Positions 27,999-37,916 of a stretch of 64,000 nucleotides of DNA are shown here, in pieces. The notes below the pieces were generated by a model. It was not told the DNA's origin. It saw only the letters and a list, made by a program, of their open reading frames with translations, and did not search any database. Position 1 is the first letter of the stretch; each line of letters starts with the position of its first letter. The DNA is from Candidatus Udaeobacter sp. GTDB lineage: Bacteria > Patescibacteriota > Patescibacteriia > Magasanikbacterales > GWA2-37-8. A program made the translations under genes and the position numbers. The stretch spans positions 33,126 through 97,125 of the forward strand of contig DATION010000004.1 of assembly GCA_035473115.1 (NCBI GenBank), read 5' to 3'.

Positions 27999-28919
27999 TT
28001 ATAAAACATGCTTCTTAATATAATCTATTTGCTGCTTAATTCCTTCTGGCAAACTAGTTTTTAGTTGCCAGCCTAAATTTTGTAACTTACGGCAATCAGC
28101 CAAAGTAATTTCTGCTTCACCTGCCAAATTATCTTTATATATCGGATCAATACTCGAGCCGGTCAAATCTTTAATTATTTTATAAATTTCATTAACTGAA
28201 TAATTTTCTCCGGATCCGATATTGTACACTTGATTATTGGCGCTATCTTCTTTCATCAGTAATACATGCGCGTCATTAATATCATCAATATAAACAAAAT
28301 CTCGTCTTTTTTCTCCAGTTCCATAGATTACCGGCTGCTCGCCGCGCAATAAATTAATAATGAAAGCCGACATTAGCGGCGGAATAGTGCGCCGATAATC
28401 TTGCCGCGGACCATAAACATTAAAATAACGCACACCGATGCTGTCTAAGTTATAAAACTCTTTATAAGCTTTGGCAAAATAATGCCCGGCCACTTTGCTC
28501 ATGGCATAAAAACTATGCGGGTCCACGACAGTTTCCGGAGTGGGAAATTTGTCCGTACCTTCATAGACAGCCGAGCTTTCGGCATAGATAACTTTTTTTA
28601 CACCAGCTTTGGCACTAGCTGCAAACACATTCACCGTGCCGGTTACATTTATATCAGAAGTTTCTAAAGGGTCTTTTTGGCAATCACTGATGCAATTTTT
28701 GGCAGCCAAATGAAAAACATACTCCACATCTTTAAATAACGGATGAATTTCTTTTGAACGGATATCTATTTTATGAAAAAGAACTCCTTCCGGTATTTGC
28801 TCTTTGACACCATAAGAAAGGTCATCTATGCCGATAACTTCATGGCCTTCGGCAAGCAACCTAACTGCCAAATTACTGCCGATAAAACCGGCAACTCCGG
28901 TAACAAGAATTTTAGCCAT
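27999..28919 (-). CDS. NAD-dependent nucleotide-sugar epimerase/dehydratase (SDR)
   Basis: MAKILVTGVAGFIGSNLAVRLL and YAMSK (YxxxK). Length is 306 aa. Confidence 0.7.
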   Translation of the reverse strand: MAKILVTGVAGFIGSNLAVRLLAEGHEVIGIDDLSYGVKEQIPEGVLFHKIDIRSKEIHPLFKDVEYVFHLAAKNCISDCQKDPLETSDINVTGTVNVFAASAKAGVKKVIYAESSAVYEGTDKFPTPETVVDPHSFYAMSKVAGHYFAKAYKEFYNLDSIGVRYFNVYGPRQDYRRTIPPLMSAFIINLLRGEQPVIYGTGEKRRDFVYIDDINDAHVLLMKEDSANNQVYNIGSGENYSVNEIYKIIKDLTGSSIDPIYKDNLAGEAEITLADCRKLQNLGWQLKTSLPEGIKQQIDYIKKHVL

Positions 28920-28930
28920 AAAATAAATAA

Positions 28931-30247
28931 TTAAATGCCGAATCTGTGCTCCGCAAAATCCCGCAGTTTGAAATAAAATTTTCGCGGTCTGTTTAAGTAA
29001 TTAATAAGACATTCCCATATAGATAATTTGCCAAATTCCTGTTTCAATCGTTTTTTATATTCGTCTTTATAAGCTAATATCTCCGCCTCTGACGGATAAT
29101 ATTCAACCTTACTATAACGCTCTCTAGCTGAAGGGTCAACTGCCTGATTTTTTTGTGCGAGTGTCTCTACGATTAATTTTTCCAATTGCTGTGCCAACTT
29201 TGTCGGATTATATACATTCTCAATTTTGGCGCGCGCGGCTTCTCCCATCTGTATTCTGATATCTTGATTTTTATACAGATACTCCACAGCTCGAGCAAAT
29301 GTTTGCGGATGGTTGGCAATAATGCCTGTTTTCATATGATCAATTAGTTCCAACTGATTATTATCTTTTTTCGGTGTGGAACTCACAATCACCGGTTTTC
29401 GAAAAGCTCCGGCTTCGGCCAAAGTCATGCCAAATGATTCACCAATCTTGGAAGCATGGGTATAGACATCTATAGTCTTATAAAAAAGAGCTACTTCGCG
29501 ATCATGGAGTGTTTTTGACAATAAAATAAAATAGTTTTTATATTTACTTTTTAAAACTCGTCTTTTTCTGGAATCGGGCATTTCCTGAACAATAAACTTT
29601 ATATTTGGCACCAGTTTTACCAGATACGGCATCATATCTAACAATAAATCACTCCATTTTTCTATAGCCGGCCGACCTAACTTACCAATCACAAAATCGC
29701 TATCTTTAATTCTTAATTTATTTTTGAAATCTTTTATTTCTGATTCGGTTATATTTATTTTATCCCAGCTCTGGAAATCAACCGGATGATAAAGTATTTT
29801 TACTTTGGCGAAATTAAACTGGCCGCCTTCTTTTAGATATCTTTCGTTGAGCATCATTTTACTAACCTGCAGACTGCAATCAATAAAAGGATAACTTTTA
29901 GCGTCATATCTGCCAAAAAAATTATTTTCCAAAATAACCATGCTTGGATTGATGGTTCTGGCTCGACTAAATATTTCAAACTGAAGTTGAGTATAGCCGC
30001 CGCCCCGAATCATAAATATGGCGTCTATTTGCCATTTTTTTATGGCTTGAGCAATAATTTCAATATCTCCGTTAGCCACCGCATACTCTATGCCAATATC
30101 GGACAAGTCTTTTTCTTTGCCGCCGATGCCATCGTGAGCCAGAACCTTTATATCAAAAAAATCCCTATTTATATTTTTACAAAAACCAACCAATATTCTA
30201 TTGGTCACATCTATCGAGTGGACAATTATCAATAAATTAGTTTTCAT
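28931..30247 (-). CDS. GT-B fold glycosyltransferase (family 4-like) with C-terminal extension
   Basis: 438 aa. ESFGMTLAEAGAFRKPVIVS GT4 signature in the second Rossmann-like half. Confidence 0.55.
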   Translation of the reverse strand: MKTNLLIIVHSIDVTNRILVGFCKNINRDFFDIKVLAHDGIGGKEKDLSDIGIEYAVANGDIEIIAQAIKKWQIDAIFMIRGGGYTQLQFEIFSRARTINPSMVILENNFFGRYDAKSYPFIDCSLQVSKMMLNERYLKEGGQFNFAKVKILYHPVDFQSWDKINITESEIKDFKNKLRIKDSDFVIGKLGRPAIEKWSDLLLDMMPYLVKLVPNIKFIVQEMPDSRKRRVLKSKYKNYFILLSKTLHDREVALFYKTIDVYTHASKIGESFGMTLAEAGAFRKPVIVSSTPKKDNNQLELIDHMKTGIIANHPQTFARAVEYLYKNQDIRIQMGEAARAKIENVYNPTKLAQQLEKLIVETLAQKNQAVDPSARERYSKVEYYPSEAEILAYKDEYKKRLKQEFGKLSIWECLINYLNRPRKFYFKLRDFAEHRFGI

Positions 30248-30996
30248 AAATTTTTTAACCTGCTTATCACTAATAAAGCAAAATTTATTAAAGACCTAGT
30301 CATTGATAGCTTAAAATTGCCGCCATTAAATACTTCCGGAACCGGTTCTGATATTGTTCGGCCCAAAAAAAAGTAGGTTTTAATTCTTTTGCCAGCTCTA
30401 CTCCCGCCCGAACTATAATCAGAGCTATCTTTGGCAGAGCGCAACAAATGAGTTAAATGCCAAAATCTGTTTTGCAGTGTGTATATATTTTTTGTTTTAA
30501 AAAAATCCTCACCCGCTTTGGTGCAAAGCTTGTCCTGGTTATAATCTCCTTTCCAAACAGCGTCACCTACCTTGGCAAAACGAGCGGTAACATAGCTTTC
30601 TTTATAATGCCTGTGATAAATATCGCCAACGCACTCGTAAAAACCGGTCTTTATCCCATCAAAACTTCCTTTTTCAATAATTTCTTTTACTTCTTCCATA
30701 GCCCGTTTTGTCCACACCTCATCTCCATCCAAAATCATGAACCAGTCTGTTTTTGTTCTATCTACCATTTCTTGGTGCAACTGAGTATGCCTTATTTTAT
30801 CGCACTCCCCTTTTTCTTCAAAAATTATTTTATTTGGATATTCTTTTATTAGACCCTGCACTATATTTACAGTTTTATCAGTCGAACCAGTATCAAATAC
30901 CAAAACTGTATCAACAAAATCTATAACCGATTTAATGGCATAGCCAACAAAATTTTCTTCGTTCTTGATAATGCAATGGGCCGTAATGGTTGGCAT
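30244..30996 (-). CDS. family 2 glycosyltransferase
   Basis: ITAHCIIKNEENFVGYAIKS...ILDGDEVW. Length is 250 aa. Confidence 0.6.
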   Translation of the reverse strand: MPTITAHCIIKNEENFVGYAIKSVIDFVDTVLVFDTGSTDKTVNIVQGLIKEYPNKIIFEEKGECDKIRHTQLHQEMVDRTKTDWFMILDGDEVWTKRAMEEVKEIIEKGSFDGIKTGFYECVGDIYHRHYKESYVTARFAKVGDAVWKGDYNQDKLCTKAGEDFFKTKNIYTLQNRFWHLTHLLRSAKDSSDYSSGGSRAGKRIKTYFFLGRTISEPVPEVFNGGNFKLSMTRSLINFALLVISRLKNL

Positions 30997-31011
30997 ATCT
31001 TTTAAAGTAAA

Positions 31012-32346
31012 CTAAACAATCACCAAATCTCTTTTTTTAAATAAATAAAGCGCGCAGACAATATTGAAACACAGAGAAAATATAACCCCTAAAGCAAAAG
31101 TATAAGCCGAACCCATAACTCCAAAACGCGGAACAAACAAGACATTACCGATAATATTAATCAATAATCCCAGTAAAGCGGAAACAAAAACTAATCTGGT
31201 CTGATTAAAAATCGTAATAATTATAGAAAATGGAGTTGATAATATATTGAGCGCCAGACTAGAGGCTAAAATTAGATAGACCGGCATTGAAGAAATATAT
31301 TTTTGGCCAAAAAATAAAGGGATTAAAAATTTAGATGGCACAATCAAAATTATAGTAGCAGCAAAAGCAACGCTTACCCATTTTAAAGTCCGGATAAAAA
31401 AACTTATTAGCTCTTTCTTGTCGGTAAAAGCGCTTAACTTAGGAGTTAGAACTGCGCCAATTGAGTTATAGACCAAAGGAAAAAACTGAATAGGCAGATA
31501 AGCTGCACTATAGACAGCTACGCTTTCTAAGCCCAGAAAATGGCTGATAACTACACTATCTACTCGCGTAGCAAAGATAGACATTACTGAAGAAATGGAT
31601 AACCAAAAACTAAACTTGGCCAATTGTGAATGCAGACTGTTTTTGACAGCCGGATCAACTTCCACTTTTCGAAAATTTTCCGGAAAAACTTTATAATTGC
31701 TAATAAATAAAATCCAGGGCACAAAAATATAAACTGATAAATAGGCAAATAAATTACGCACGCCCAGTACAGCCAAAATAATAACAATCACCAAACGCAA
31801 AAATCCTTTGAGCGACTGAACGGAAGCTTGATAAAAAAATCTTTGTTTCGATTGTAAAAAAGTAGTTAAAAAACCTAGCAAAACCACGCCGCCAATTCCC
31901 AAAAAAGAATACATCAGATATGGATAAATTTTAGCCTGCCCAAATATATATTTTGCCCCGGGATAAGATAACGCTATTCCACCTATGGTAAGTATCCAGG
32001 TGAGCCAAACTCGCCAACTCCAGATTGTTTTTACTAACTGCTTAAGCTTATCGGTTTGGTTGGTAGAAATATAATAGGGAGCAAATCTTAATAATCCGCT
32101 ATTTAAACCAAAGTCGGACACTTCGGCCACAGTACTTAGAGCCAAAACAGACAAAGAAAAAATAGCAAAAAAATCCACGCTCAACACTCTGGCCAAAATA
32201 ATATTTAGAGTAAACAACGAAGCTCCGTTTACCAGCGAGCCAAAAAAAACATAACTCGTTTGCTGCAAAGCTCTTTTTTGCAAAATTAATTTTATTCTTT
32301 CTATAATTGACATACTATTCTTTAACCGCTTGACCACTGGTAGCAT
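31012..32346 (-). CDS. wzx: Wzx-type oligosaccharide flippase (MOP superfamily polysaccharide biosynthesis protein)
   Basis: 444 aa with about 12 TM helices. The N-terminal SYVFFGSLVNGASLFTLNIILARVL is typical of PST-family flippases. Confidence 0.65.
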   Translation of the reverse strand: MLPVVKRLKNSMSIIERIKLILQKRALQQTSYVFFGSLVNGASLFTLNIILARVLSVDFFAIFSLSVLALSTVAEVSDFGLNSGLLRFAPYYISTNQTDKLKQLVKTIWSWRVWLTWILTIGGIALSYPGAKYIFGQAKIYPYLMYSFLGIGGVVLLGFLTTFLQSKQRFFYQASVQSLKGFLRLVIVIILAVLGVRNLFAYLSVYIFVPWILFISNYKVFPENFRKVEVDPAVKNSLHSQLAKFSFWLSISSVMSIFATRVDSVVISHFLGLESVAVYSAAYLPIQFFPLVYNSIGAVLTPKLSAFTDKKELISFFIRTLKWVSVAFAATIILIVPSKFLIPLFFGQKYISSMPVYLILASSLALNILSTPFSIIITIFNQTRLVFVSALLGLLINIIGNVLFVPRFGVMGSAYTFALGVIFSLCFNIVCALYLFKKRDLVIV

Positions 32347-33124
32347 CAGCTCCCATTAGCCCTATTTTTTCGGCTTGCACTATATATTTTTTAGGTATAT
32401 ATCTAGCCAAAATATGCTCTATCGGATAACCCAAAAGCAATAACGGCAAACCTTTAATCAAAACAAAATACCAGATAGGCAGCATCTGCTTCCCCAAACT
32501 ATACAACCTGGTGGAAACATAATCTGGCCTGATATAAAAAAGCCTGAATAAATTATTGCGCCAAGAATCAAGATTAAAATTCTCATCCAAAACATACCGG
32601 CCGCATATTTTAATAAATACATCCGCATCTGATTTAATATATTTTTTGGCATGCAAAAGCATCACCGCTTCGCTTAGACTTTTAAATTTACTGTCACTGG
32701 CTTTGCGGACAAGAAATTTATCTCCTAAATATACATACTGATCAACTTTATTTTCCAAATCAAGCGGCAAATTTTTCTGCAGACCAACTTCTAACAAAAT
32801 AATCTTGGCGCCCGGAGCTTTGGCTCTGATTGATTCTATTGTTTTGATAGTTTGAGCAGCTCTTTCTTCCGGAGTATAAACCGAACTTTTACTGGTATAA
32901 TTTAAATCTCTTTGTTTAATATAAATTACCGAAGTAACAATAAAACAAAAATTTTGCGGGGTTTGGTTGCTAATTTTTAAATTATAAAATTTAAAATAAC
33001 TGATCACAGACACAACCGCTTGAAACGGCCAGATGAATAAAAGACGATAAATCTGCCTAATTAAAAAAATAAGCGGTTGGTCTAAAAGTTGCTGATTAAT
33101 TTTTCCGATTTTATCTTCCGGCAT
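32315..33124 (-). CDS. hypothetical protein (N-terminal TM anchor + soluble domain), unknown function in glycan cluster
   Basis: 269 aa with no recognised motif. It is embedded between wzx and a polytopic membrane protein. Confidence 0.35.
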   Translation of the reverse strand: MPEDKIGKINQQLLDQPLIFLIRQIYRLLFIWPFQAVVSVISYFKFYNLKISNQTPQNFCFIVTSVIYIKQRDLNYTSKSSVYTPEERAAQTIKTIESIRAKAPGAKIILLEVGLQKNLPLDLENKVDQYVYLGDKFLVRKASDSKFKSLSEAVMLLHAKKYIKSDADVFIKICGRYVLDENFNLDSWRNNLFRLFYIRPDYVSTRLYSLGKQMLPIWYFVLIKGLPLLLLGYPIEHILARYIPKKYIVQAEKIGLMGADATSGQAVKE

Positions 33125-33126
33125 AT

Positions 33127-34611
33127 TTATTCCAGCTTAAAATCCATTTTCCTTAATTTATAAAAAATATACAGCGGGTATGCCCAAACTAGCATCACAA
33201 ATAGCTGCTCAAACCATAACTCACCCACAGCATCGGTACCGCGAACATACCAATTGAAAAGCCATAGCGGATAAAAAACTAACGGTGATAAACTAAGCCA
33301 CACTAAAGCTCGGCCTAACAAAATATTGCGAGAACGTTCGTACACCAAAATTCCCAATGGAATTAACCAAGCCACATACCATGGCCAAAAAGATTTTTGC
33401 CAAAGAGATAAATATAGAAATAAGCCAAAAAATATCATCTGCAGATAACTTTCTGCAGTCATAGTATATTTTTTTAGCAGTATTAAAACTATTTTTTTTA
33501 GATATGGCCAAAATAAATAAATCATTAGTGCCAGCAAACCTCCTTGGACCAAACGGGTCAAAAACCAATGCGCCCTATCATGGAGCAACCAAACAAACAG
33601 CGGTTTTAGAGAATAATAAATAACAGCAAACACGCTGTCCGCCGCCCATTTTGACTGCATAGCAATCAGATCAAATACTTTGAATCCCTGCCACAAGCCA
33701 TGCCAATAAAATATAGTTATTGCAATACTAAGCAAACTGCCAACCAAAGCCTGGCTTAACTGTTTTTTCCAAGTAAGAACTGTAGTTTCTTGCCACCACC
33801 AAACCACAAAAAATGGCGCTACTAAAATAGGCAAAAACTTCACCCAAACACCAATTACCAGCAAAGGAATAACTAACCACCATTTACTGCGCCAGGCCGC
33901 CCAAATAGCCAAAAGTACGCACAGAAGCCAGGCAACATCAAAATGACCATTAACTAAAACTTCAAACAGTAATAATGGCTGCAGAATCCAAAAAGATAAA
34001 AATACCGAACGAGAAATTTTTATTTCTTGAATCTCCAGCAAACGATACACAACCCAGCCAACTAAAATTAAAATTGCGGTTAAAAATAATTTCCACAGCA
34101 CAATAAAAACCGCCGGATTATCAAAACTAATTTTATATAAATCTTTAAAAATAACAGCCATGATCGGCCCATAAGAAAACCCTACCACCGGTTCAACTCT
34201 AACCGGACTGACAAAATCACGCTTAAATATCCATTCGTCCACAAAAGGGTTCAAATTATTTTGCATGGCTTTGCCGGCAGAAAAATAATAGCTGGTATCA
34301 CTTGAGCCGAACGGAACTGTAATAATCGCCAAAAAAACAGAAATTCCGGCCAGTACCAGCCAAGATTTTTTTAATAATTCTGCTTGATGATTTTTCCATA
34401 AAAAATAACCGGAAACAATCAGACTAGCAATAAAAATAAATATCAAGCCAAATGATACTAACTTCAAGTTACCACTAAGCGGCGTGTGACAAAAAATCCA
34501 ACTGCTCATAAAAGCGCAGTTGATTTTAAAATAAGCAGAATAAAGCGCTGCTGAAAAAATTGCTACCAGCAGCCAACCGACTAAACCTGCATAGGATAAA
34601 AATTTGTTCAT
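33127..34611 (-). CDS. polytopic membrane protein, candidate GT-C glycosyltransferase or Wzy-like polymerase
   Basis: 494 aa with more than 12 TM helices and no soluble domain. It lies within the Wzx/ligase-containing cluster. Confidence 0.4.
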   Translation of the reverse strand: MNKFLSYAGLVGWLLVAIFSAALYSAYFKINCAFMSSWIFCHTPLSGNLKLVSFGLIFIFIASLIVSGYFLWKNHQAELLKKSWLVLAGISVFLAIITVPFGSSDTSYYFSAGKAMQNNLNPFVDEWIFKRDFVSPVRVEPVVGFSYGPIMAVIFKDLYKISFDNPAVFIVLWKLFLTAILILVGWVVYRLLEIQEIKISRSVFLSFWILQPLLLFEVLVNGHFDVAWLLCVLLAIWAAWRSKWWLVIPLLVIGVWVKFLPILVAPFFVVWWWQETTVLTWKKQLSQALVGSLLSIAITIFYWHGLWQGFKVFDLIAMQSKWAADSVFAVIYYSLKPLFVWLLHDRAHWFLTRLVQGGLLALMIYLFWPYLKKIVLILLKKYTMTAESYLQMIFFGLFLYLSLWQKSFWPWYVAWLIPLGILVYERSRNILLGRALVWLSLSPLVFYPLWLFNWYVRGTDAVGELWFEQLFVMLVWAYPLYIFYKLRKMDFKLE

Positions 34612-35958
34612 TTATTTGTATTGACCTAAAAATTCTTCAAAGCAAGCAACCATATATTCCATCATTTCTTTAGTCAAACCAGGATAAACACCAACCCAGA
34701 AGGTATTATTCATTACCAAATCGGCATTTTTAAGATCGCCAACCACTCGATAATCAATTTTATTATCTACAAAGTAAGGCTGCTTAATAATATTGCCGGC
34801 AAACAAATAACGAGTCGCTATCTGTTTGTCTTGCAAAAAACGCACCACCGTATCGCGATCAAACGGCGCGTCTTCTTGAACCGTCAACAGAAAACCAAAC
34901 CAGCTTGGCTCGGCATTATCCAGCCATTTTGGCAAAATAAAATAATCTTCAAACTTTTTTAAGCCATTATATAAAATATCAAAATTCTCTCGGCGTTTGG
35001 CCACAAAACTATCTAATTTATCCAACTGAGCCACGCCTAATGCAGCTTGAACATCGGTAGTTTTTAAATTATAGCCAATTTCCGAATAAATATATTTGTG
35101 ATCATAACCATATGGCAAATTTCCTAGCTGCCAACCAAAGCGCATACCGCAAGTATTATCACAACCGGATTTACACCAGCAATCTCGGCCCCAATCACGG
35201 AAAGAACGGATTATTTTTGCCAACATGCCGTCGTTGGTGAAAACAATTCCACCTTCACCTAAAGTAATATGGTGCGCCGGATAAAAACTGCAGGTAGCAA
35301 TATGGCCAAATGTGCCAGTATGCTTGCCATTATAAATTGAGCCCAAAGCATCACAGTTGTCTTCGATTAGCCACAGATTATGCTCTTTACAAATTGCGGC
35401 AATAGCCTCTAAATCAAATGGATTACCCAAAGTATGAGCCAAAAATATGGCTCTAGTTTTTGGAGAAATAGCTTGTTTAATCTGCTCAACATTGGCATTA
35501 TAATAACCCAAGTCAACATCCACAAAAACCGGTACCAATTTATTTTGAATAATCGGATTAACTGTGGTTGGAAAACTGGTCGCCACTGTAATTACTTCAT
35601 CGCCCGGATTTAATTTCTTGGCGCCTAATTTAGAAGAAGTAAGGGCTGTCATCGCCAGCAAATTGGCAGACGAACCCGAATTTACCAAAATCCCCTGTTT
35701 TACTCCCAGCCAATAAGCTAATTTGCTTTCAAATTCTTCAGTAAAATGACCTTCAGTCCACCAACCTTCCAAAACTGCATCTACCATACTGAGCATCTCT
35801 TTTTCATCAAAAACTTTTCCAGATACTGGCACAGATGACTGGCCGGGAACAAATGATTTTGCTGGAAATTTTTTGCTATATTCGGCTTGAATTTGCTGGC
35901 GCAAGGAGTCTTCCATACTTGATAATAAATGAAAATAATTAACTTTTACATTTACCAT
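34612..35958 (-). CDS. rfbH: CDP-4-keto-6-deoxy-D-glucose 3-dehydratase (E1, PLP/PMP-dependent, DegT/RfbH family)
   Basis: A long identity-like block to RfbH/DdhC: SFRDWGRDCWCKSGCDNTCGMRFGWQLGNLPYGYDHKYIYSEIGYNLKTTDVQAALG. The N-terminal VPVSGKVFDEKE and LVNSGSSANLLAMTALTS also match. The true start may be the Met 14 codons downstream. Confidence 0.85.
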   Translation of the reverse strand: MVNVKVNYFHLLSSMEDSLRQQIQAEYSKKFPAKSFVPGQSSVPVSGKVFDEKEMLSMVDAVLEGWWTEGHFTEEFESKLAYWLGVKQGILVNSGSSANLLAMTALTSSKLGAKKLNPGDEVITVATSFPTTVNPIIQNKLVPVFVDVDLGYYNANVEQIKQAISPKTRAIFLAHTLGNPFDLEAIAAICKEHNLWLIEDNCDALGSIYNGKHTGTFGHIATCSFYPAHHITLGEGGIVFTNDGMLAKIIRSFRDWGRDCWCKSGCDNTCGMRFGWQLGNLPYGYDHKYIYSEIGYNLKTTDVQAALGVAQLDKLDSFVAKRRENFDILYNGLKKFEDYFILPKWLDNAEPSWFGFLLTVQEDAPFDRDTVVRFLQDKQIATRYLFAGNIIKQPYFVDNKIDYRVVGDLKNADLVMNNTFWVGVYPGLTKEMMEYMVACFEEFLGQYK

Positions 35959-36117
35959 TTTACCAATTATTTTTTAAAAAAGCAACCTTTTATGTATAGT
36001 GAAAACCCCTATAAAATACAACACGCCCCGCCATTCTCATCCACGTTGGACTTGACAGCGGAGCGTTCTGACTCCTTGTTGAGACCCCATTTTCCATCAG
36101 GGGTAGAGCGCTATCTT

Positions 36118-36714
36118 TCAGCGCCAGGTGGAGAGCAAGGCCTTGTAGGCCTTGGGGATGATCAGGTCGCGGTGGAGATCCACCGTGACCTCGGGCAGGT
36201 GGTCCACGGGGAACCAGCCATGCCGATCGTCGACCCGCGGATCACTCTTGAGAGCGATCAGGAAGATCATGGAGTGCACCGTACCGCGGGCCTCCGACGT
36301 GATCTCCTTGCCGACCAGAGTGAATCCGGAGATCTCGGCTCCGAACTCCTTTCCGAGTCTGTTGGCGACATGCTGGTCCTGCTCGCCATGGCGGTAGAGC
36401 GAACCAGGCGCATGCCACTCGCCCGGATAGGCGGTATCATCTGGGGCTCGCCGCCGCAGATAGACCTCTGCAGTGCCACTCTTGCCCTTGCGGAAGAGCA
36501 TGGCCTCGAAGGCCGACGTGGGCCAAAGCCTCATCGTTGAGTCGCAAAACTTCGTTCCCACCGGCCTGGTGTTGTCGATCCGATCCATCTGACCAGCGAT
36601 CATCTCCCTGAAACCATCGCTGTTGGGATCCATCCGACCGAGCAAACCAGCGACCAGCGCCTTGAACTGATCGCTCTGGGGATTGAGATTCTCTGGGACT
36701 ACCAATCCGTTCAT
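36118..36714 (-). CDS. hypothetical protein on a second high-GC islet (weak Nudix-like GxWxxPG...GE...R...E.G pattern)
   Basis: 198 aa. GC is roughly 55% over about 36020-36720. A GGAGGG SD sits 7 nt before the ATG. PGEWHAPGSLYRHGEQDQHVANRLGKEFGAE loosely fits a Nudix box. Confidence 0.35.
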   Translation of the reverse strand: MNGLVVPENLNPQSDQFKALVAGLLGRMDPNSDGFREMIAGQMDRIDNTRPVGTKFCDSTMRLWPTSAFEAMLFRKGKSGTAEVYLRRRAPDDTAYPGEWHAPGSLYRHGEQDQHVANRLGKEFGAEISGFTLVGKEITSEARGTVHSMIFLIALKSDPRVDDRHGWFPVDHLPEVTVDLHRDLIIPKAYKALLSTWR

Positions 36715-36858
36715 TTTTCACCCTCCCGTTAATTGTTCTGGTTCGCTTCTCGACTCTTACTGGGAGTCAAAGAAGACATATTAAATTATCATAAATTAAC
36801 AAAAAAGTCAAGGTTTCCCCTGACTTTTTCGCTAATGATACGAATTATTATTTTAACT

Positions 36859-37815
36859 CTAAAAATTCACTCTTTCTTTTTCAATTACTAGCGGCCGCTC
36901 GCGCACCTGGGTATAAATTGCGCCAATATATTCGCCCAAAATACCGATAAAAAATAACTGGATAGAAGAAAATAAAAATATGCCGATAGTTACCGGTGCC
37001 AGTCCGGCTTCAAACCTATCCCAAAAAAGAAGTTTGTAAACTAAATAAACTATTCCGACTATAAAACTAATAACCGACATACCAAAACCAATAAAGCTGG
37101 CCAGACGCAAAGGAATCTTGGAATGGTTCACAAACCCCAACATGGCCAAATCATAAAGGGAATAAAAATTATTACTGGTCTTGCCCCTTTTTCTGGCCGG
37201 CTGCACATAACTAATCTCGGCCCGATTAAAACCGACTTCGGTAATTAGGCCGCGGAAATATGGATACGGGTCTTTCAACGTTCGCAATACAGCAATAAAC
37301 TTTTGATCATATAGTCCAAAACCGGTAAAATTTTTAATCTGTTCAATATCTGATAATTTTTTCATCAGATCGTAATAAACTTTGCGAATCGCAAACATTA
37401 AAGGATTTTCTTCACTCTGATTTTTTACTCCCACCACAATCGATTTTCCCTCTTCCCATTTTTGCAAAAATTCTTTGATCATTACTGGCGGATCCTGCAA
37501 ATCCGACGCCATCAGTATCACCGCGTCGCCATAGGCTTGCTGCAGGGCATAATATGGCGAACGAATATGGCCAAAATTTTTAATGTTAACGATAATTTTT
37601 ACATTGTAGTCGGCTGCGGCTAGTTTTTTTAAAATTTCCACCGTATTATCTTGCGAAGCATTATCAATAAAAATATGTTCATAACGATACTGCGGCAAGT
37701 CAGCAAAAACTGCCTTTACTTGTTTATAAAGTTCTTCCACGTTTAATTCTTCGTTATAGCAAGGAGTAACAACGCTGATTAGTTTTTTATCTGACATATA
37801 AATTTTAGTTGTCAT
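36859..37815 (-). CDS. family 2 glycosyltransferase, GtrB/ArnC-like polyprenyl-phosphate sugar transferase with C-terminal TM helices
   Basis: LISVVTPCYNEELNVEELYKQV...IFIDNASQDNT...MASDLQDP followed by two C-terminal TM segments. Length is 318 aa. Confidence 0.7.
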   Translation of the reverse strand: MTTKIYMSDKKLISVVTPCYNEELNVEELYKQVKAVFADLPQYRYEHIFIDNASQDNTVEILKKLAAADYNVKIIVNIKNFGHIRSPYYALQQAYGDAVILMASDLQDPPVMIKEFLQKWEEGKSIVVGVKNQSEENPLMFAIRKVYYDLMKKLSDIEQIKNFTGFGLYDQKFIAVLRTLKDPYPYFRGLITEVGFNRAEISYVQPARKRGKTSNNFYSLYDLAMLGFVNHSKIPLRLASFIGFGMSVISFIVGIVYLVYKLLFWDRFEAGLAPVTIGIFLFSSIQLFFIGILGEYIGAIYTQVRERPLVIEKERVNF

Positions 37816-37916
37816 CTCGAGCGTAGTCGAGAGATCCCTTATACTTGGTTATAGCAAATATTACGTTTAAGGGATTCCTCCACTCGCCTTAAGGCTCGGT
37901 CGGAATGACGGTTTAG

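Noticed and set aside
35929-36540. 203-aa plus-strand ORF and several 70-94 aa ORFs inside high-GC islet 2
   Set aside because: High-GC DNA produces long spurious ORFs in several frames. The products are low-complexity and R/G/P-rich, and the minus-strand 198-aa ORF has the SD and the more protein-like composition.
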